The notes below the pieces were generated by a model that did no database searches, was not told the DNA's origin, and saw nothing but the letters and a program-made list of their open reading frames with translations. Both the position numbers and the translations under genes were made by a program. From the IMG/VR virus record IMGVR_UViG_2651869696_000012: a stretch of 7,668 nt of DNA; one strand, written 5' to 3'. Below, one piece after another: positions 5,345 to 7,668 of this stretch (positions within the stretch are counted from its first letter, which is position 1; each line of letters starts with the position of its first letter). Source of the DNA: a virus. Taxonomy: Duplodnaviria > Heunggongvirae > Uroviricota > Caudoviricetes.

Positions 5345-7393
5345 ATGGCACAATTTAAAGTTGATAGTTTTATCGTTGAGCTAGGCTTCAATGAAAACGT
5401 TATTAAGAGCTTGCAAAGAGTTGAAAAGGCAGCTTTGCAGTCAGCACAAAGAATTGAAAAGAACCTTAACAAAGGCTTCAAGATTAATACCAAGCAACTT
5501 GACAGCAATCTGACAAGTTCTTTGAAGTCAATGGAAGGAAAAATTAATAAGACCTTTGACCGTCTGGAAGCTAGAGCAAGAAACACAAAAGTTTTCCGTT
5601 TCACAAGTCAGGTTAACGATGCTGTTAATCCTCCAAAACAACCGAGACAGCCACGAATTAGCGGCAACAGAGCAATCACAGCAGCTTATTCAGCTAATAT
5701 GTCTAAGTTAAAGGGCTTTGACCCTATTTTGCAGAAATACATCAAATCTCAGTTTTACGGGCTATCTGCTAAAGCCGGTTCAATGGATTCTTCAAAATTC
5801 AATGAGAAGCTGTCTCAGTTAAATGCTTCAGTCAGAGAAGCAATTGCTAAAGCTAAAGGTCATACATCCACCAGCATTAATGGTGACAGAGCAGCTAGCA
5901 GCCTTGATAACCTGTCTTCGGCAGCAGTCAAAACAGCAGGTGCATTTATCTCAATGCAGGCTGTATTAGCCAGTTATCAGAAGATTATGGAAGTTGGTTT
6001 ACAGCGTGCAAGTGCTGAGCGTTCAATTGATTTCGTATTTGATAAAGATGCAGGTCAGGTAAAAGAGTTCACAAAGTCATTAGCTCAAACAACGGGTTTA
6101 GATATCGCTGAACTGCAATCACAGTTTGCTGGTTTTGGTGCTTCAGCTAAAGAATCTATGGGTATTCAGGGTTCTGAAGAACTTTTTAAAAATATGATTG
6201 GCTATTCTCGTTTAATGGGTCGAAGTGAAGAAGAGATTAAGCGAGCATTAACAGCGCTATCGCAGATGGCTGGTAAGGGTCAGGTGATGGCTGAGGAGCT
6301 GAAAGGTCAATTAGCTGAAGCTGTTCCTGGTATGGTTCAGGTATTCGCTAAAGCAACCGGAAAGACTGAACAGGAATTATTTGATGCCATGAAGAAGGGG
6401 GCTTTAAAATCTGCCGATACTCTTCAGAAGGTCACTCAGGAACTGAATAAACAAATCACCGCTAAAGGTGGCTGGAAAGCCATTTCAGAAAGTACACAGG
6501 CACAACTAGGGAACTTGAAAAACTCTTGGAATACCACGCTTGACAGTATTTTCAGAGGTTCTGAAGATGGTTTACAGGACTTCACAAGAAGCTTAACAAC
6601 GCTTTTAAATAGTCTTGGTGGGAGTGGTAAAAGTCTTGGTGAATCTCTTGGTAGTCTCATGACTTCTATGTCAAGTGGTGTGGATTCATTGACTGATATC
6701 AGCTACAGGGTAAGAGCATTCTTTGATGAGGTGACATTAGCTTACCGTGGTTTAACCGATGAACAAAAGAAAGTAGTTGATGCTTTAGGTTCTGGCTTGA
6801 TTAATAGTTTAAAAGTCTTGGCTGGTGTTATTGCTGTGAATAAAGTTGTTGGTGTAACCAGAAGTATTTACGGGCTTATGACTGCTATCACAAGATTAGG
6901 TCAGGTTGCTGATACTACAGCGGATAACGTGAATAGAAAGAATGGGAAACCATCAAGACTGAATCTTGGGAATATGCTATTAGCTGGTAGCGCTCTCTAT
7001 GCAGGTTATGAAAGATTAGCCTCTACACCTGAACGAATGGAAGCACAAGCTAAATTACCAGAGTTAGCTAAAGAATCTGGACTTAAGCCAGTATTTACTA
7101 TGGACGATGTGAAAGGTTGGTTTAATAGTGCAGCTATGAATCTTGCTAACTTCCAGCATCCAGAATTAAACAACATTAAGCAAGATGCGGCATTAACGAA
7201 TACGGATATCCAAAGCCTGAGAGATGAAATTAGTGCTTTGAGCAAACGTATTCAGGAGCCTGTGAAAGTTTCACTTGGTGGTGAAGTTGCTATTAAACCA
7301 GATGAAACCAGCTTTATGACATTTAACAGCAGTCTGTACGACCAATACGCAGAAGCTACGCTATTAAGTTCATCATTCCCAGAAGATGATTGA
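5345..7393 (+). CDS. Tape-measure-domain protein (682 aa)
   Basis: Long ORF with GAGGTGA 11 nt upstream. Central region ..RALTALSQMAGKGQVMAEELKGQLAEAVPGMVQVFAKATGKTEQELFDAMKKGALKSADTLQKV.. matches, as I recall it, the conserved tape-measure domain of lambda-H-like proteins (TIGR02675-type). Gly/Ser/Ala/Lys-rich with hydrophobic segments (..LAGVIAVNKVVGV..). Short for a classical tape measure and lacks adjacent tail genes. Confidence 0.8.
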   Translation: MAQFKVDSFIVELGFNENVIKSLQRVEKAALQSAQRIEKNLNKGFKINTKQLDSNLTSSLKSMEGKINKTFDRLEARARNTKVFRFTSQVNDAVNPPKQPRQPRISGNRAITAAYSANMSKLKGFDPILQKYIKSQFYGLSAKAGSMDSSKFNEKLSQLNASVREAIAKAKGHTSTSINGDRAASSLDNLSSAAVKTAGAFISMQAVLASYQKIMEVGLQRASAERSIDFVFDKDAGQVKEFTKSLAQTTGLDIAELQSQFAGFGASAKESMGIQGSEELFKNMIGYSRLMGRSEEEIKRALTALSQMAGKGQVMAEELKGQLAEAVPGMVQVFAKATGKTEQELFDAMKKGALKSADTLQKVTQELNKQITAKGGWKAISESTQAQLGNLKNSWNTTLDSIFRGSEDGLQDFTRSLTTLLNSLGGSGKSLGESLGSLMTSMSSGVDSLTDISYRVRAFFDEVTLAYRGLTDEQKKVVDALGSGLINSLKVLAGVIAVNKVVGVTRSIYGLMTAITRLGQVADTTADNVNRKNGKPSRLNLGNMLLAGSALYAGYERLASTPERMEAQAKLPELAKESGLKPVFTMDDVKGWFNSAAMNLANFQHPELNNIKQDAALTNTDIQSLRDEISALSKRIQEPVKVSLGGEVAIKPDETSFMTFNSSLYDQYAEATLLSSSFPEDD

Positions 7394-7405
7394 TAATAGT
7401 CGAAT

Positions 7406-7475
7406 GCTACGTGAAATCTCTTGAACAGATATACCCACTGAAAAATAGAATTTACGTACAACACGCTTAACAGAG
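7406..7475. repeat. Repeat B: second copy of the 70-bp element, directly downstream of the tape-measure-like gene
   Basis: gctacgtgaaatctcttgaacagatatacccactgaaaaatagaatttacgtacaacacgcttaacagag; about 85% identical to copy A by eye; same length and same TTAACAGAG 3' end. Confidence 0.7.
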
Positions 7476-7489
7476 AAAATACTTAAATA

Positions 7490-7533
7490 TCAAAGGCTTG
7501 GTTAAAAATGATTAAAATACACTAAGCCTTTGA
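7490..7533. other. Perfect 10-bp inverted repeat TCAAAGGCTT-n24-AAGCCTTTGA (hairpin or operator)
   Basis: Read directly; flanked by a short direct repeat ATCAAAGG (7488-7495, 7535-7542). No T run on the + strand; the - strand is T-rich after it. Confidence 0.4.
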
Positions 7534-7668
7534 AATCAAAGGAGAATTTAATGATTTACACTAATCAGCTTCGGGTGATGCTGCCAACTTACTGATTTAG
7601 TGTATGATGGTGTTTTTGAGGTGCTCCAGTGGCTTCTGTTTCTATCAGCTGTCCCTCCTGTTCAGCTA

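Noticed and set aside
5158-7464. Minus-strand ORFs 5158-5604, 6436-6660, 7006-7245 and 7252-7464
   Set aside because: All lie antisense to the tape-measure-like gene or its flanking repeats. The shared peptide WVYLF[RK]RFHVA in the first and last is simply the translation of the A/B repeat on the opposite strand.
7604-7668. Partial CDS at the 3' window edge
   Set aside because: Both a + strand start (ATG 7604) and a minus-strand C-terminus (stop at 7589-7591) are possible; 65-80 bp is too little to decide, so nothing is annotated.

Overview
AT-rich 7.7 kb segment with the look of a phage, prophage or other mobile-element region: almost all genes are on the + strand, several are translationally coupled (overlapping TAATG / ATGA junctions), and recognisable domains are typical of phages. 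All domain calls are from reading the translations by eye and recalling family signatures; no searches were run. Recognisable content: (1) a phage-type Dam-family N6-adenine DNA methyltransferase (NPPY motif) fused to a C-terminal Hin/resolvase-like helix-turn-helix; (2) a repeat-rich non-coding region; (3) a tightly packed four-gene cassette with a ribbon-helix-helix-like protein and a small, apparently degenerate HNH-type protein; (4) a promoter-to-terminator unit with no convincing ORF, a candidate small RNA; (5) a glutamate-rich 234-aa protein plus a 71-aa basic protein; (6) a 682-aa protein with a tape-measure-like domain. The most striking structure is that two gene modules are each bracketed by their own pair of direct repeats: a 97-121 bp element with 20-bp terminal inverted repeats (R1/R2) around the four-gene cassette, and a 70-bp element (A/B) around the tape-measure-like gene. 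An 8-9-mer, TTA(A)CAGAG, recurs near gene starts and inside both repeat families. I cannot assign the region to a known defence or anti-defence system; the orphan methyltransferase, acidic small proteins and cassette-like repeat architecture are consistent with a phage early/accessory region, but that is inference.
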